Shown here piece by piece: positions 50,697 through 64,000 of a stretch of 64,000 nt of DNA; position 1 is the first letter of the stretch, and each line of letters starts with the position of its first letter. Both the position numbers and the translations under genes were made by a program. Origin of the DNA: the human T2T-CHM13v2.0 reference genome, Homo sapiens; NCBI RefSeq assembly GCF_009914755.1, contig NC_060935.1. The stretch is one strand, 5' to 3'. Below the pieces are notes generated by a model, which worked only from the letters and a program-made list of their open reading frames with translations, did not search any database and was not told where the DNA came from.

Positions 50697-53600
50697 GCAG
50701 GACCATCCACTAGCGTACTCTTACTTGGCTATTTGAAGTCATTTGGTGACTGCTAGAATTCTGGACTAGCTGAGGCTGAGGCAGATACAAGACACAATAA
50801 GCATTTCAAAAAACATCTCACAATGTGATCATCAATGTGTAATATGAGCCGAGGGTTAGTTAAATAAAATGTGAAAGCCGTATCAATGACTCTTCTGGCT
50901 GTCCAACATTGCATTTCATTTTCCTTTCCAAGGAGGATAAGGGTAGGGCCGGCGAATAAATTATAGATGAAACCCCCATCATATGTTTATAAATACACTA
51001 ACATTAGCATTTTACTTCCTCATAAATCTGCAGCAAATACTCAGGCACAAGATAGAAAGCCCTGTAAAACAATGATATATTCTCTGCTTGCAGGCATTGA
51101 CTAGTGGCCCATTCACTCCCGGTGCTGTTCTTCAACCACGCTCCCTCCGCTCATGCCCCGTCATTTAAAATCCATTTTAATTTAAAGATGCACAAGGCAG
51201 TGCTCGTGGTACATTTACTCATCCTAGTTATACATCATGGAGCAAGGAAAAGAAAATTGTTTCATCTAGAGATACGGTTCAATGTGGTCACCACTGAACA
51301 GTGGAGTAATTACCATATCAGACCCACTCAAAATGCACTCAGGGTGTTCTGTGACCTATCATTTGCTAATCTGCATAGTGAAGTATAGCTTCATAACTAT
51401 AAATTGCTGACTTAATTAAAACCAAGACCTTTCTGTCATTTAATTACAGGGAGAAAGGTTATTGCTTAAATGCAATTTTCCAAATGTGATTTCTTAACAG
51501 TTATTAACTGCTTCACCATCATTTATTGTTTCAGATTTTTCAATTTGAAAATACTTCCCGTGACAGAAGTAATGACTTCATGAAAAACTCAATCTAGAGG
51601 GAGGCCAGCCAGCCCATTTGTTTCTCATAAGTGGAGCCGACAGGAAACTGGAAAATGTCACCGAAGGATCCTGGGATGGCTCTCACTTTCGGGGAGCAAT
51701 TAAAACCCAGAAGGTTGTATCAAAGATGGGGAGAGGTTGTTTGCAGACATTTTAAAGGTGGTCTGTCTTTCCTATCCTAGCTGGCAGGTGTGTTTGCCTT
51801 GTAAAATATGAGGGTGGCAGTGGTGGCCAGTGGTGGGTCAGTCAGCTCCTAGGCTCCTAGGCACCCATTTGAATGTGTAGGTCCTCTTCCGAATATTTCT
51901 GCATCTAGAATTTCTTCTCCCACACAAGGTAGAACTGCTACAAGTTTGGACATGGCAGATAGCCACACAGTGAAGAGAATAGTCCACCTTTTCTTCCATC
52001 CTCTGTCTTGCTTTAATCCTTGGATGGTTGTGTCTTCTCTTTTTCTCCATGTTTTAGTAGGTTGCCCAGAGGTTATGCAGGTAAATTAGAGTGACCAGTG
52101 AAGTGGGCCAGTCTAGATAGCCAAGAAAATTTAACATCCACCAAAGCACTTCTTTAATAACAGGGGATTTAGTTATTGTCTTAATTCCCATGTGCACAAA
52201 ATGGAGACTTGTGCAACTGGTCAACTTAATGCTTCGATTCATATTATAGCTCCATCTGCAGCAGAGAAGCAAGGAATTTCACTGTGATGGACAATCTAGT
52301 CTTTTCCTAGACCCTGACAGCTCTGTGCTAGAAAATTTACAAAAATGGACAAATGTGCTTCCTGTCTACAGGGATCTAAATGTCGGTTCCAGGCAGGAGC
52401 TGCCTTGCTTACTGGTTAAGGAGAACACTCTTAGGCTCTACTTTCACTTTAGGATAGGGTTAAAGTTAAAATTGCTCAGATGAAGAAGTGAAAATCCACC
52501 CAATTTCTCTCTACGTTAGCCATTTCTCTTGGCTTTATTCATTGTGGCAGTTACACAAAAATGACTAATGGGGATTTCATAAAATCTTAGTCAGATTGTT
52601 AATAATCCCTTCTGCTCTCCAGCAGCAGCGTGCTTCAAAGTTTTCAAAGCATCTTCACACACTTTAACCAATTTCAGTTCAATTAAGCAAATATTTCGGT
52701 AACACAAAGATTAGAAAGGCACTGCTGCTTGCCCACATTCAATCAGGGGAAGTCATCTGGACCTTCGTCCAATTCTATAAGGTAGCAAGGAAGATGTTTT
52801 CAGGAAAGCTGCACTGTAGCCTCCCTCCACCTTCTTTTTTTTTTTTCCAAGAAACAGAGACACACTCAAACTTGATGAAATTAAGTCAAAGTGAAGCTCA
52901 GCTCAGTATAAATATTTAGAGACCTCAGGAAAACCAGGAAGGCTGAGATCCAGTGCTACTTTGTCTCAACAGACCACATGGTCCGTCTTATCTCTACTTC
53001 TGGCTTTCTGCTCTTACTTTTCTCTTTCTTGATCATTTCCCCGTCTTTCTCATTTCACACAAGGCAGCAATCCTCACTTCTCAGTTTGACCATGCACCAC
53101 TGTGATATTGTGAAATGTCTATTTCACAGTAGATAGTGTCAGAATTGAATGGAATCAGAGAACATCCTCCTGGCCTGCTGGAAAATGTGCTGCAGAATTG
53201 GTTGCTGGTGGAGAGAAATCCCCACCCACTTGTTGGTGACCAGAGGTGACATGCTCTATGTTGAGTGGTTTTGGCTGTGTGAGAGCAGGAAAAAGACCTT
53301 GGGCTTTTCTTATATATCTCTTAGAATCACCAATGGCCAACATCCTTGTCTCAGTTCAAATTCCTGGAAGAGGTAATCTGGTTGTCTGAGTGCTTCACTC
53401 TTTAGAAACTAACAAATCATGGGTTACTGGCTAGCTGGGCCTTTGGACAGGGCAAGCAACAATTGACACATTTAAGATGGCAGATAAAAAATTATGATCT
53501 TTATTTGAGAGGTAAGGAAACTAAATCTTGCCAGGTTAAGCAATCTGCAAACGTTCGCATGACGTTTATGCAGCCGAGTCACATCCACATTCTCTCCCTG

Positions 53601-54459
53601 TCAGTTCCTTTCCCGGGAGCTAGAAATATTGAAGTCATTTAAGTAGGAGATGATTATTAGACATATACGTACAACTATAGGTTTTTGTATTTATGTTTTA
53701 TTAATTGACAAGAGTACAAATCTAATTAAAGGAGAAATTGCATTGGCTTAAAATAAGAGAATAAATTATTTCTTTTTGGTAGTTAATACAACTAAAGCTC
53801 TCATTTGTACCCTATCAGTTAATCTGTTGACTATTAATATCACTTAATCAGAAAGATGGTGGAGGAGAGTAACAATGACTAATACACAGTCAAGATTTTA
53901 ATTTGGAAACAGAACACTACATCTTTTTACATACTAAATGCACAATAGTGACAATTAATTTCATTCTTGCTGTGAGTGCTTTATGTAGCAGCCACCTATT
54001 GGGTCTAAAAATCTGGCTCTATCATGAATGGGATCCATGGGATAGGATGGTGCCATAGATGACTTGCTTTGCTTCTGGGAAGAGGAAATGATTTACATTC
54101 CTTTCACACTATCACCACCACCACTACCAGAAATGAGATGGTTTTGTAGAAACATCACCATATACTTTGTAAAATGATTGGTTGCTATAAAACATTGTCC
54201 AGGGTGGAATGCGCAATTTGCAAAGAGGCCAGGGGAAGACCATTTCTGGATGTGTATGCAGCTGACTTTTGTGTTAGTGGACACCCCAGTTTGGTACACC
54301 ACATTGAGGCCTGATAGCAATGGCCACAAACACAGCAAGCCACAAACCAACCCTTGCTCAATCCTGCAATTTAAAGAGATTGCTCATTCAAACTCACTGT
54401 AGTTAGACAACTACACTGATTCTAGACCAATTCCTTTTCCCTCAACATGTCAGTGTCGT

Positions 54460-55470
54460 TTTTTGTTTGTTTGTAACAGCTTTTATTACTCACATACCAC
54501 AAAATTCACTCATTTAAAGTGTACAATTCAATGGCTTTTAGTATATTCAGATTTATACAACCATCGCCACAATCAATTTTAGAACATTTTCATGAACCAC
54601 AAAAAGCCCCTGTACCCCTTAGCAGCCACTTCCCAGCTCTCCCAATCCTAGGTAATCACTCATCTACTTTCTTTCTCTAATTATTTGCCTATTCTGGACA
54701 TTTCATACAAATGGAATCATAATATGTGGCCTTTGGCATTGGTTTCTTTCACATAGCGTAATGTTTCCAAGATTCATCTGATTCATGTTGTAACATGAAT
54801 CAGAACTTCATTTTTTTAAATGACTGAATAATATTCCACCATACAGACATGCAGTTTTATATATCCATTCACCAGTTGATGGACATTTGGGTAGTTTCTA
54901 CTTTTTTGGCTATCCTAAATAATGCTGCTGTGAACATTCATGTACAAGATTTTATATGACCGTATGTTTTCAATTCCCAGGAGTGGAATTGCTGGGTCAT
55001 GTGGTATCTTGGTCAGCTTGGGTTGCTATTATAAAATACCACAAACTGGGTGGCTTATCAACATCAGAAATTTATTTTTCACAGTTCTGGAGGCTGGAAG
55101 TCAGAAATCACACTGACGTGATCAGGTAATGGTGAGGGTTCTTTTTTGGGTTGCAAACGGCCCTCTTCTCATTGTATCCTCATATGGTAGAGAGCAGACA
55201 GAGAGGGAGAGAAAGCAAGCTCTCTTTCCTTTTTTTCTAAGGGCACTAATCCCATTCATGAGGGCTCCACTCTCATGACCTAATTACTTCCCCAAGGCCC
55301 CACCTCCTAATGCCATCACATCAGGGTTTAGAATTTTATCAGATGAATTTTGGAGAGCAGACACAAACATTTAGTCACAGCATATGGTAACTCTTATATT
55401 ATTCTTTTGAGGAACTTCCAGACCATTTTCCAAAATGGTTGCACCATTTTATATCCCACCAGCAATTCAG
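54460..55470 (-). mobile_element. L1MB-like 3' region, split by an MLT1A LTR
   Basis: aaattcactcatttaaagtgtacaattcaatgg...ggagtggaattgctgggtca | tatggtaactct...ccaaaatggttgcaccatttt. Confidence 0.85.
55005..55382 (-). mobile_element. MaLR solo LTR (MLT1A-like)
   Basis: Same family as 565-932; TSD TGTGG / TATGG. Confidence 0.85.
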
Positions 55471-55644
55471 TATCTTTTAATAAGTGGATTTTAGAGGTTC
55501 CAGCAGCAGCTCTGTTTATCCCCTGGCCTTTTTACACTCTGGGAAGCTCATAAAATAGCCTTTATGGGTGCTGAGTAAGACAGGTACCCAGAATCCCTCC
55601 ACCTACCAAGAGCTTTCAGAAGGAACCTTAAAGAGTGCTTAGTC

Positions 55645-55960
55645 CAATGTTTTTCAAAGTGAATTCCCAGGAACACTGATTTCATGGAATGTTACTAACA
55701 AAAGAACATCTCTTCCTTTTTTAAAAAAAGGTGGTTCTTTGCTCAGATGTATTTGGGAATCACTGGGTTAAACCAACTTAAACGGACTCTTTTCTTCAGG
55801 ATTTCTCAGAGCTATTAATATGCTAATGTATACAATAAATTTCCAAAAGGCAAATTGAGAGTTTCTAAGCAATATTTATTTGACCGTAGGTTGAAAGTTG
55901 TCCCCCATCTGGGAGCAACTTCCAGAAATTATAATCCTCAGAAGACACTGAAATGTTGAT
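55645..55960. mobile_element. hAT-Charlie-type DNA transposon remnant
   Basis: caatgtttttcaaagtg...tttgggaatcactgggttaaac...atatgctaatg; a similar piece surrounds the Alu at 42.7-43.3 kb. Confidence 0.4.
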
Positions 55961-56029
55961 CTGGTCCAATCCCTTCCTGTGGCACCTGCCCTCTCTCAGG
56001 AGCTCCTAATGATCACAATCTTCTTTGCT

Positions 56030-56290
56030 ACCATTTACCAAGGGTCTGTTATGTTAGGTGCTTCACATACGTTAATTTGAATGATCCTTTCCAAAATTAC
56101 CTCAAAAAAGTTTAAGAAAAAATCCTTTAAAAAAAAAATGGGAATGATGTTAGTCCCCTCTCACAGAAGACTAAACTGAGGCTCAGAGAAGTTGAGCAAC
56201 TTTCCTCCAAGGTAGCACAACTAAACGGTAACAGCACCTGGACTTGAATCCAGGTCTGGCTCTCTTCAAAGCCTCCATTTTGACCACTAC
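56030..56290 (-). mobile_element. MIR SINE
   Basis: aaactgaggctcagagaagttgagcaac...ggacttgaatccaggtct. Confidence 0.75.
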
Positions 56291-56480
56291 ACTGCATCCT
56301 GGGGACTGCACTTCATATTTTTCTGCTGGATTTGATACCAATTTAAAATAAGGAAGAGCAGGGGCAAGCCAGAGGCCAAACTAGAAATTTAAATATAAAG
56401 GTCAGTAAATAATTGAACTATTCTCAAGAGATAGCCTAGGTATTGGCAAGACTATTACCTCCTTAGACTCATACACAGCT

Positions 56481-56484
<4 letters not shown>

Positions 56485-56514
<30 letters not shown>
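56485..56514. repeat. (AC)15 microsatellite
   Basis: Read directly from the sequence. Confidence 0.97.
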
Positions 56515-56518
<4 letters not shown>

Positions 56519-56567
56519 TTGGACTAATTACCTGTCTTTTCCAAATGGTTGTTTAATCCATTAGTGT

Positions 56568-56570
<3 letters not shown>

Positions 56571-56610
<40 letters not shown>
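56571..56610. repeat. Pure T40 homopolymer
   Basis: Read directly from the sequence. Confidence 0.97.
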
Positions 56611-56981
56611 CAACCAGAGCAAAAACTAAGTACTGGGATATTTGGAGAAAGCAGAGACTAGAAAATGCAACCAGGTCCAATTTAACTGCAAAATTACTTC
56701 CTCACAGAGCAAAATGGCTGGCTCTGACACCCAAGCTGTTCAGTGGGACATAATGGGCAGAGTGAAAGAGGCATCAATGGCTGTGGCCTCTGAGGATAGT
56801 CACAAATTCCTCTGGATTGTAGTTGCCTCATGTGTGTAACCCTTAAAAATCCAAGTCACCATGTGGCCCAGTATCTGCAAAGAAACACAAATTCAACATT
56901 TAAAAAAGTAAAACCATTGTAAATACTGTCTGCAGTATCTTAAGAGTGAAAGTGAGAAGGTACATTAAAAACACATAATAA

Positions 56982-57180
56982 GGCTGGACGTAGTGGCTCA
57001 TGCCTGTAATCCCAGCACTTTGAGAGGCAGAGGCAGAAGTGTCTCTTGAAGCCAGGAGTTTAAGGCTGTAGTGAGCTATGATTGTGCCACTGCACTCCAA
57101 CCTGGGAGACAAAGTGAGACCCTGTCTCAAAAAATAAAATAAAATAAAATAAAATAAAATAAAATAAAATAAAATAAAAT
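56982..57180 (+). mobile_element. Alu monomer (FRAM-like) with (AAAAT)n tail
   Basis: Single arm: ccaggagtttaaggctgtagtgagctatgattgtgcc...gaccctgtctc, then about 10 AAAAT units. Confidence 0.85.
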
Positions 57181-57821
57181 ATAAACAAAAATGGAACAAA
57201 ACGTCTGGAAATGATTTTTTCCATAACTCCTCCTCTTTCTTTCCACCTCTCACAAGTACAGGAGGGGCCTCAAAGGTCTTTCCTTCCCTCGCTCAGAGGA
57301 CCCCGAAAGACTCTGTCTAGAGCTCACAATTTAAAGAGGCTCTTTCTTCTTCTTCATCCTTCTCCTTTCCTTGTCTTTCCTGTAGTTCCCTATCTTTCCC
57401 AATTGAAATCTTGCTTCCTTGCTGGCTTCTCTGCTCCCCCCACTCACCTTTACCTCCACTGACACAGTGAAAGCTGAGGCATGTAGGTGATCAGGAGTGT
57501 ACAGGTGTGTCTGTGTCTGTGTGGCGTGGGGGTGGGTGTAGGTAGGAGGTGGTGGGGGTATACAGTGAGAAGATCACAGATAATGTAATCAGGTTGCTTC
57601 TGGTCACTGCTAACATTGTGATGTGTCTGAACAGAAATCCAACTCTAAACAAATATCTTGAAAAAGTAATATACACTTAAGGCTCCCATAGGACTACCAA
57701 AGGGGAGAACTACATAGCATGACCTCCAGCCAGTGTTGTAGTGAGTCTCTCAGCAGAGCCAACTTAGCCTGACAGCTGCTCCCATTTCTGGCCTTTTGGC
57801 CTCCTTACAAATCTGTGAGTC

Positions 57822-58131
<310 letters not shown>

Positions 58132-58419
58132 TAAATGAAGGTCTTGAATTTTGTCACATGTGTAAAATAATGACGTTGGACTAAACTGTCTCTTCCATCT
58201 GAGAAGCCAATGATTCCATGAGATCTGTGTTCTCAAAGTGTAAGTTATTTACAAGGGGAAATCCATACCCTGAAAGAGCTGAACTATGGAAACCTTGTCT
58301 TTTCTGTCTCACCAGCCCTAAATCTTACGCTTTAGGCAGTGTTACATGTAGGGTGAAGAGGTACCACTCAGATCTGTGAGCTCTGCTTTTAGACTTCACC
58401 TAATTCTTCCCTTTGGGAA

Positions 58420-58880
58420 GAAGATAATATCATTTTTATCTGTCCAACATTGCCCCGTCTCACCTCTTCTAGAAACAGATCTTGCTCCTTTTGTGCCAGT
58501 CACAACCCCCGACTGTCTGGTCATAATGGTTGACCAAAGAAGGTGGCGAAATGACCCAAGGCCCATCAGGGTGTATCCTTAGGGATTTTTCTAAATATAA
58601 GCTGAGGAGAAAGAGTCTTTTGCATCTTTGGTAGGAAGCTGTAAGTATGTAAGCCTATCTCTTGGGAGGATCTGGTCTAGGGAAATGAAGACAACAGGCA
58701 GGGAGATGCAGAAAGGAAATGGGAGAGCATCCACCTGGTGACGGAGCTCCTGGATCCCAGCTTCTCCAAGCTCAGCTCCACTCTACGCTTTCTGCAGTTT
58801 GAGTCTGTGAATTAATGAGGCCCCCTTTTTTGCTTAAGCCAATTTCATTTGAGTTTGGGCCACTTACATCCAAAGAGCCT
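58420..58880 (+). mobile_element. Old MaLR LTR (MLT1-like)
   Basis: ttttgcttaagccaatttcatttgagtttgggccactta end motif. Confidence 0.55.
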
Positions 58881-59739
58881 TGCTACTCAGTGTTGGGATG
58901 AGGAGTTGGCAGTTAGAATCTGCAAGGGGCTTGGAGATTCCAGGGACATGCTATGCCCTCTTCTATTTGTTTGCAAAGTGTAGCAGGACTCTAACTCTTT
59001 ATTCTTGTGTCCTGGCCTTTTCTGGATGCTTAAATAAAATATCAAATAATCTTGCTATCTTCCATCTCTTCTCTGTCCAGTTTGTGGAAAGCAACCTCTG
59101 CCTGCTTGTACTGGGAGCAGCTCTTCTAGATGTCATTCACTGGCACTCCTCAATCAGAGAGACCTTTGTCTACAGGTTAAAGGACATTTGTAACTGCCAC
59201 AAAATGCAAATTCAGACTGCTTCCCTTCACTTTCTGGTAGTATCAATATTTGCATTTCTTAGATTTCCATATTAGCCACAAAATGGTCTACCAGTTTAAA
59301 GAAGGTAGAAACTGCAAAATGACTTTTTAAGACCAGGTGATCCGACAGTTCAAAGGCATTCTCATGCATGCTTGCAGTCCTTGAAACATATCCATATAGT
59401 ATTGTTTTTAATTATTTGTGCCCAAGGAGTTTTTGTTTTTGTTTTTTTGTTTGTTTGTTTTTAATTTAAACAAGAAGGTGTTAAATCCTCTGCTATCTGG
59501 GGAGAACTGCAGTGCCCAAACACCCACCCTTCTCTTTCTCTTGGACTTCAGTGTTATTAGATGAGGTTTGGGAAAGTTTTATTAGCACTTTTTATCATGA
59601 CACTGGGACAGGAGAGAAAATGAATTCAAGCTCTACCAGGGTTCCAGTGTTAAACTTGGAAGGTGCTCACGGCCACGCTCAGCCTTACTGTAGGATATTA
59701 CTTGAGTGAGTGCACACCCTCCCCACAAACTGAAGTTCT

Positions 59740-60705
59740 ACTACACGCCTTCACTCATCTCCTACCACTCTTACTGGGTTGCATTTCAGCCTCACTGGCC
59801 TGCTTTCCTTCCTTGAACTTGCTAAATCCACTTCTGACTTAGGATCTTCCCACCATTTCCTTTGCCCAGAATGTTCTTTCTCCCCTGGCTCCTTCATGAT
59901 ACTGAGGTCTTCAGCATAAGCATCATATCCTCAAAGAAACCTTCCCGTATCACCCTGTTCCAGGCCTTTATTGTTGCCACACCAAAACAGTGGCTTAAAC
60001 ATTAATAATTATTTATTTGGCTCTGGAGTCTGAAAGAGTGAGATCTCAGCTTAGGAGTTCTCACTCCAGGTCTTTCATGTGGTTGCTGTCCAATGGGCAT
60101 CTTGAAGTTTTTTCCATCATGTATCTGGGCTGGGAAGATTCAAACATCTAGGTGCTGGCACTGCTAGCTGCTCAGGTCTCTCTCTCTCTCATTCCTCTGA
60201 ATTGTCTGTCCACATGGAGACTTCATGATAGCTGGACTTCTTACATTCAGCTGAAGGCACCTAGAGTGAATGTTCCAAGAAAAATCAGCAGAAGCTGCAT
60301 GGCCTTTTCAAACTGATAGCCACTTCCTTTGTGTCCTATTCTTCCAGGTAGGTACAGAAGCCCCTCAGGTGCAAGGGGAAGGGACATAGACTCTACCTAC
60401 TAGTAGAACAGTATCGAAGTACCTGAAGACTTGCTTTAAGACCACCACACACTACATACTTTATAAAACAGCCTCCCCAGCACCATATCACTTCACTTTA
60501 TTATAATTCTTTGCATAGCCCATAGTGCTATATGTCATATTTTCTTATTTGTTTATTTTCTCTCTAGCCCCCAAAAGAATATAAATTGTGAAAATAGGGG
60601 CCTTATGTGTCTTATTCACCACTGTATCCTGGTGTTCAGTGGAGCAGTGCCTGGTACTTAGTAGACAATAAGTATCTATCAAATATTAATAAGTGAATGA
60701 AGGAT
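59740..60705. mobile_element. L2(+) interrupted by an MLT1 LTR(-) (~59955-60450)
   Basis: cagcctcactggcctgctttcc...; cagtggcttaaaca...gctggacttcttaca...accaca; ...cagtgcctggtacttagtag. Confidence 0.65.
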
Positions 60706-61976
60706 AAATGGCAAGGGCTATTCTGAAGGGTCATCTCACTGAGATTGTTACTGTGGGCTCCATTTTGGATGACGATGGACCCTCCTCACCCTCCTTTTTC
60801 TACTTCCTTCTTTTTACCTCCCTTCCCTCTCTCCCACAAAATAATTTCTAATCACCGATGTCAGTATTTCAAGCCTGGAGTCCTTAGTATAATTGTGATC
60901 CATTGGATTCAGCTTTTACCACCTTGTTTTTGAAAACAAACATACCAAAGCATGCCAATTTCATCATTTGGGTATGTCAAGGATACTTACACAAGCCTGC
61001 ACCTGGCTTATTTTACAAATCACAGATTGGCTTGAATCTGTCTTTTGTTTCTTAGGATTTTTTGGTTGGTTTTGCTTTGTTTTTTTGCTTTCCTTCCAGC
61101 CAGATAAGCTGAGATCTGGTCTGTTTCCACTGAGGGGTAGTCATCAGTCTACCCTTCTCAACATTTCTGTTCCTGAGATTTAGCTACAGACTTCACAAGC
61201 TGTAACATTCTAACTACGTGTCATTGCCACCATTGTCTCTTGTCACAATCCTAATTCTATGTTCTGATAATAAAACTTCATTAGTGTCTGCACCTCCTTT
61301 CCCGTACCTTTGAAACACTGTCTTCTGCTGAAACGATTAGCAGTGCGCTGCGTCAGATCATCCGGCTGTCTGACAGCCATTGTGAGTGAGCTAAATTGTG
61401 AGAAAATGAAAATTTCTGACAATTTCCATTATTGTCAAATGGAGATATTTACTTGTACAAATATTAAAGGTTATTTAAAGATGTAAACGGACTTCATTTC
61501 ATTAGTGGTATGCATCAGGTAATAATTTAAAACAACTACCCAGCCTCATTCAAATAAATTACCAATTCATTTTCTGAAAGAAAAATGTCATTTCTCCAGG
61601 CTGTGTTTTTAACTGCTTGCAATGGTAGAAGATTAAAAAAAAAAAACCTATGAATATTTCAGAACAGAAAATGTTCAAGTTCTCATATTGTTTAACATAA
61701 ACCAGACAAAGGGCTATTGTTCTGAAAACCTGACTGAGAGTTGCCCAACCAGAGGAGACAGTGAAAGATCAATGACATCAAAATGGGCTTTAAAAAAAGG
61801 AATAGTAGCAATGGTGATTACATCTTCCTGAATTCCAGTTCTAGAACTTCACTAGAAAAAAATCAGGATGTGTGGAAATACTTATCTACAAGGATGTTCA
61901 TCCCAGTGTTATTTATAATGGCAAAAAAAGAAGGTAGGAAATGAAAAAAAATATGTATACAAGGCTAAGGGATTGC

Positions 61977-62209
<233 letters not shown>

Positions 62210-62315
62210 CTAAGGAATTGGACAATATATTAGAATACAGCCATATGATGGTCTGGAGTAAAGATGATTAATAAATGTATTGTAGAAGAATTCATTATAA
62301 ATAATATGTAATAAA

Positions 62316-62628
62316 TAGGGCACGGTGGCTCATGCCTGTAATCTGAGCACTTCGGAGGCCAAGGCAGAAGGGTTGCTGGAGGCCAAGAGTTTAAGACCAG
62401 CCTAGGCAACATAGTGAGACAGTCTCTATAAAGAATTTTTTAAAAATTAGCTGGGCATGGTGGCGCACACCTGTAGTCCCAGTTACTCAGGAGGCTGAGG
62501 CAGAAGGATTTTTTTGAGCAGAATAATTCTAAGATGCTGTGAGCTGTGACAGTGCCACTGTACTCCAGCCTGGATGACAGAGTGAGACTCTGACACAAGA
62601 AACAAAACAAAACAAACAACAACAAAAT
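62316..62628 (+). mobile_element. Alu (AluJ)
   Basis: Dimeric Alu with (CAAAA)n tail. Confidence 0.9.
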
Positions 62629-62681
62629 AATACATATACTATGATATCATTTATAAAAAGATAAACATCTATATTTGCATT

Positions 62682-62895
62682 GACATGGACGCAGGGAGGG
62701 GAACATTACACACCGGGGCCTGTGGCGGGGTGGGGGGCTAGAGGAGGGATAGCATTAGGAGAAATACCTAATGTAGATGATGGGTTAATGGGTGCAGAAA
62801 AACACCATGGCACATGTATACCTATGTAACAAACCTGCACGTTCTGCACATGTATCCCAGAACTTAAAGTATAATAATAATAATAATAAAAAAAT
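62682..62895 (+). mobile_element. L1PA7-like 3' end
   Basis: gcattaggagaaatacctaatgtagatgatggg...gcacgttctgcacatgtatcccagaacttaaagtataataa. Confidence 0.88.
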
Positions 62896-62989
62896 CTTGG
62901 TGTAATGTTGGACAACAAAAAAAAAAAGGAAGAGAAGGACTAAGAAGAAATAGATCAAAATGATTACTTGGTAGTGGGATCACTGGTAA

Positions 62990-63160
62990 GTTTTTAATTT
63001 TCATGGGTACATAGTAGATGTATATATTTCTGGGGTACACGAGATGCTTTAATACAGGCATACAGTGTGAAATAATCACATCATGGAGAATGGGGCATCC
63101 ATGCCCTCAAGCATTTATCCTGTGTGTATTACAAACAATCCAATTACACTCTTAGTTATA
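62990..63160 (-). mobile_element. L1MA1/2-like 3' end
   Basis: gggtacatagtagatgtatatatt...ccctcaagcatttatcc...acaaacaatccaattacactct. Confidence 0.8.
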
Positions 63161-63604
63161 TTGGTGATTTTTATTCTTGTGCTTTTATAATGAGAAATAT
63201 ACCAATAATCCAATAACCATTTGCAACTCGATGTTAGGGCAAGTTATCCTTGCTTAGCTGGGTCAGCTCCTCTTTCCTTCTAGTGCAATGGAGAATACTC
63301 CTGGGAGACTCGGTGCATTAATGCTCGTACTGTGGGTATTGGCAAAAGAGACATGGAGCGAGTTGGTCTAATGTTATACAGGAAAATGTTTATGCTTTCA
63401 GGATTTGGCACCTTGAGGTCAGTCCTTTCCATTATGACCTTCAATATTACACCAGTAAAATATTCTCTAATTTGCAAATTAAAGTATTTCTTACAAAACC
63501 CTCAGGGATGAATTAGTAAGTGCATCACAACCCTCCTCTACCTCCTTAAGCTTCACCCTCTTCTAGAAAATAATGTCTTATAAAAGATGATAGTTTTCTC
63601 CCTT

Positions 63605-63955
63605 TTAGGAAGTCAGGGCTGGTAAGGCATTCCAATGGTTAGGGATTTCAGCAATTTCTATCTCGTTGCTTTGCTCAGCACATTGATTCCTCTTCATAGT
63701 CCAAGCTCCAGCCATCATAGAACATTCCAGCCAGCAGGAAAGCAGAGAGGAAAGGGGGGCATGCCCCAAGGTCATGGGGCAACACTTCCATTACACCCAT
63801 TGTCCAGAAGCTGGTCATATGGCCACTGCAAGGGAGGATTCTGGAAGGCTGGGAAATGTAGTCCTTATTCTATATGGCTCAGCTAAAAGTTGGCATCCAA
63901 TTTTTAAGGAAAAAAGAGAAAATGCCCTGGAGAGCATGCAGCAGCCTCTGCCACA
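63605..63955 (-). mobile_element. Old MaLR LTR (MLT1J/K-like)
   Basis: agctccagccatcatagaacattccagccagcagga...ggctgggaaatgtagtc...gcagcctctgccaca. Confidence 0.7.
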
Positions 63956-64000
63956 ATCATACATGTGGGCATCACAGGGAGACATGTGTCAGAGAAGACA

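Noticed and set aside
54175-54195. ATTGG plus TATAAAA as a core promoter
   Set aside because: The motifs are only a few bp apart, which is inconsistent with CCAAT/TATA spacing
63416-63440. AGGTCA...TGACCT inverted half-sites as an estrogen response element
   Set aside because: Spacer is 13 bp, not 3

Overview
Primate (very probably human) non-coding genomic DNA, rich in repeats: Alu J/S/Y, a FRAM monomer, many MIR and L2 remnants, L1PA3/4/7, old L1M, solo LTRs (THE1, MLT2A, MLT1, LTR33) and DNA-transposon fossils. I find no credible protein-coding exon; the supplied ORFs are repeat-derived or chance ORFs. The main non-repeat signals are three. First, an isolated ~450-bp CpG island at ~7.15-7.6 kb with CTCF-like and YY1-like motifs, a G4 motif and a GC-skew flip, but no attached coding gene. 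Second, several repeat-free blocks dense in homeodomain, FOX, MEIS, SOX or AP-1 motifs (~12.8, 15, 18.8, 26, 50, 51, 53.5, 61.4 and 63.3 kb) that resemble developmental enhancers in a gene desert or long intron. Third, a near-perfect pre-miRNA-sized hairpin at 42287-42367. I could not name the locus. Repeat subfamily calls are from memory of consensus sequences, and boundaries are approximate unless a target-site duplication (TSD) is quoted. No new biological system is demonstrated; the best leads are listed as findings.
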